IMG/VR virus record: IMGVR_UViG_3300017774_005552
Location: 1-26,059 of that record
Length of the DNA stretch: 26,059 nt
Origin: a virus
Taxonomy: Duplodnaviria; Caudoviricetes
Direction: 5' to 3' (one strand)
Made by a program: the position numbers and the translations under genes. The notes under the pieces were generated by a model. The model searched no databases and was not told the DNA's origin. It saw only the letters and a list, made by a program, of their open reading frames with translations. This document shows, in pieces, positions 25,279-26,059 of the stretch (positions within the stretch are counted from its first letter, which is position 1; every line of letters begins with the position of its first letter).

Positions 25279-26059
25279 ATGGCAGGATCTACCGTAGATT
25301 TCACCTATGTGGAGATAGGTTCGTTTATTCGGGTATACAAAAACCTTCTACCTGAAAATTCTCTGCTTAGGTGGAGTTTGGATAACATGGTTGACGCGAA
25401 CAGTAGTGATTATCTTTATAGCGAATGGGAAGATTGGTTCGTGTTTGGTAAGTACTCGCACGAAAAGCACAACCTTACGGGAGAGACCCTGAAAGTAGAC
25501 GCCATCCTAAATGCAGAGTTGGGGTTGCACAGAGGTATCAACGATGCAACGAAGATGGCGATGGCGCATTATGTAGGTGACTACAAAATACCACTTCCCG
25601 AAAAATCGTTCATGACAAACGTCAGTCTTGCTTTTTATAATGACGGTGTAGACATATCTTCCGACGGCACCAACATGGCGATGAATTTTCACTCTGACTA
25701 TGTATTTCCTTCACATGGCTGGCCCGGTGAGAAATTCCTAATTACCGTAACTACATACATCAACGATGATTACGAGGGCGGAGAAATTGTGTTCCTACAT
25801 GAAAACACTCTGCTTACGTATAAACCTCAAGCGGGCGACATAATTGTTTTCCCGTCCGGGAACCCTATCTGGCCGCAAAACTCTCCATATTTACACCATG
25901 TGAAAACGCCCCTGAATGGCAGAAAATACATCCTTCGTTCTTTTCTTAAATATATTGACGATTCGGCTTCGCAGGAGTGGATTGATGGAGTCAATCTTCA
26001 CGGAGAAGAAGAGTATAAGCGTATGTGTATGGCTGATAAAAACAAGCAAAGCATTCTGA
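25279..26059 (+). CDS. Second 2OG-Fe(II) oxygenase, prolyl 4-hydroxylase-like (3' partial; not in the ORF track)
   Basis: Manual translation from ATG 25279 (MAGSTVDF...) is open to the window end. Motifs 'MNFHSD', 'YINDDYEGGEI', 'YKPQAGDIIVFPSG' and 'YLHHVKTPLNGRKY'. Confidence 0.9.
   Translation, partial: MAGSTVDFTYVEIGSFIRVYKNLLPENSLLRWSLDNMVDANSSDYLYSEWEDWFVFGKYSHEKHNLTGETLKVDAILNAELGLHRGINDATKMAMAHYVGDYKIPLPEKSFMTNVSLAFYNDGVDISSDGTNMAMNFHSDYVFPSHGWPGEKFLITVTTYINDDYEGGEIVFLHENTLLTYKPQAGDIIVFPSGNPIWPQNSPYLHHVKTPLNGRKYILRSFLKYIDDSASQEWIDGVNLHGEEEYKRMCMADKNKQSIL

Noticed and set aside
52-26059. Alternative genetic code or stop-codon reassignment
   Set aside because: Genes tile densely under the standard code, and TAA, TAG and TGA all serve as stops at sensible gene ends.
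26057-26059. Terminal TGA as the stop of the last oxygenase
   Set aside because: It is out of frame (codons read ...AGC ATT CTG A), so the gene continues past the window.

Overview
The window is part of a tailed dsDNA phage genome with a contractile tail (myovirus-like), and all credible genes lie on the + strand. Bases 52-14100 hold a colinear neck/tail/baseplate module: head-tail adaptor, neck and completion proteins, sheath, tube, a tail assembly chaperone with a probable -1 frameshift extension, a 1196-aa tape measure, hub, short spike, gp25-like, baseplate J and gpI-like proteins. Bases 14138-20820 hold a holin-like gene, fibre adaptor genes and repeat-rich tail fibres, including one with an Mtd_N-like N-terminus. 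The most unusual part is 20817-26059. A small FN3-like protein, translationally coupled to the long fibre, ends in 17 tandem PP(Y/F/G)F tetrapeptides encoded with mixed synonymous codons. It is followed by three small ORFs and a run of modifying enzymes: a degenerate SAM-methyltransferase-like protein, a divergent glutathione-peroxidase-like protein, a sulfotransferase, and two prolyl-4-hydroxylase-type 2OG-Fe(II) oxygenases (the second is missing from the ORF track and runs off the window). I propose this is a candidate phage-encoded post-translational modification system acting on a Pro/aromatic repeat fibre-tip protein. That link is an inference from gene context only. All product calls come from recognised motifs and synteny; no database searches were run.
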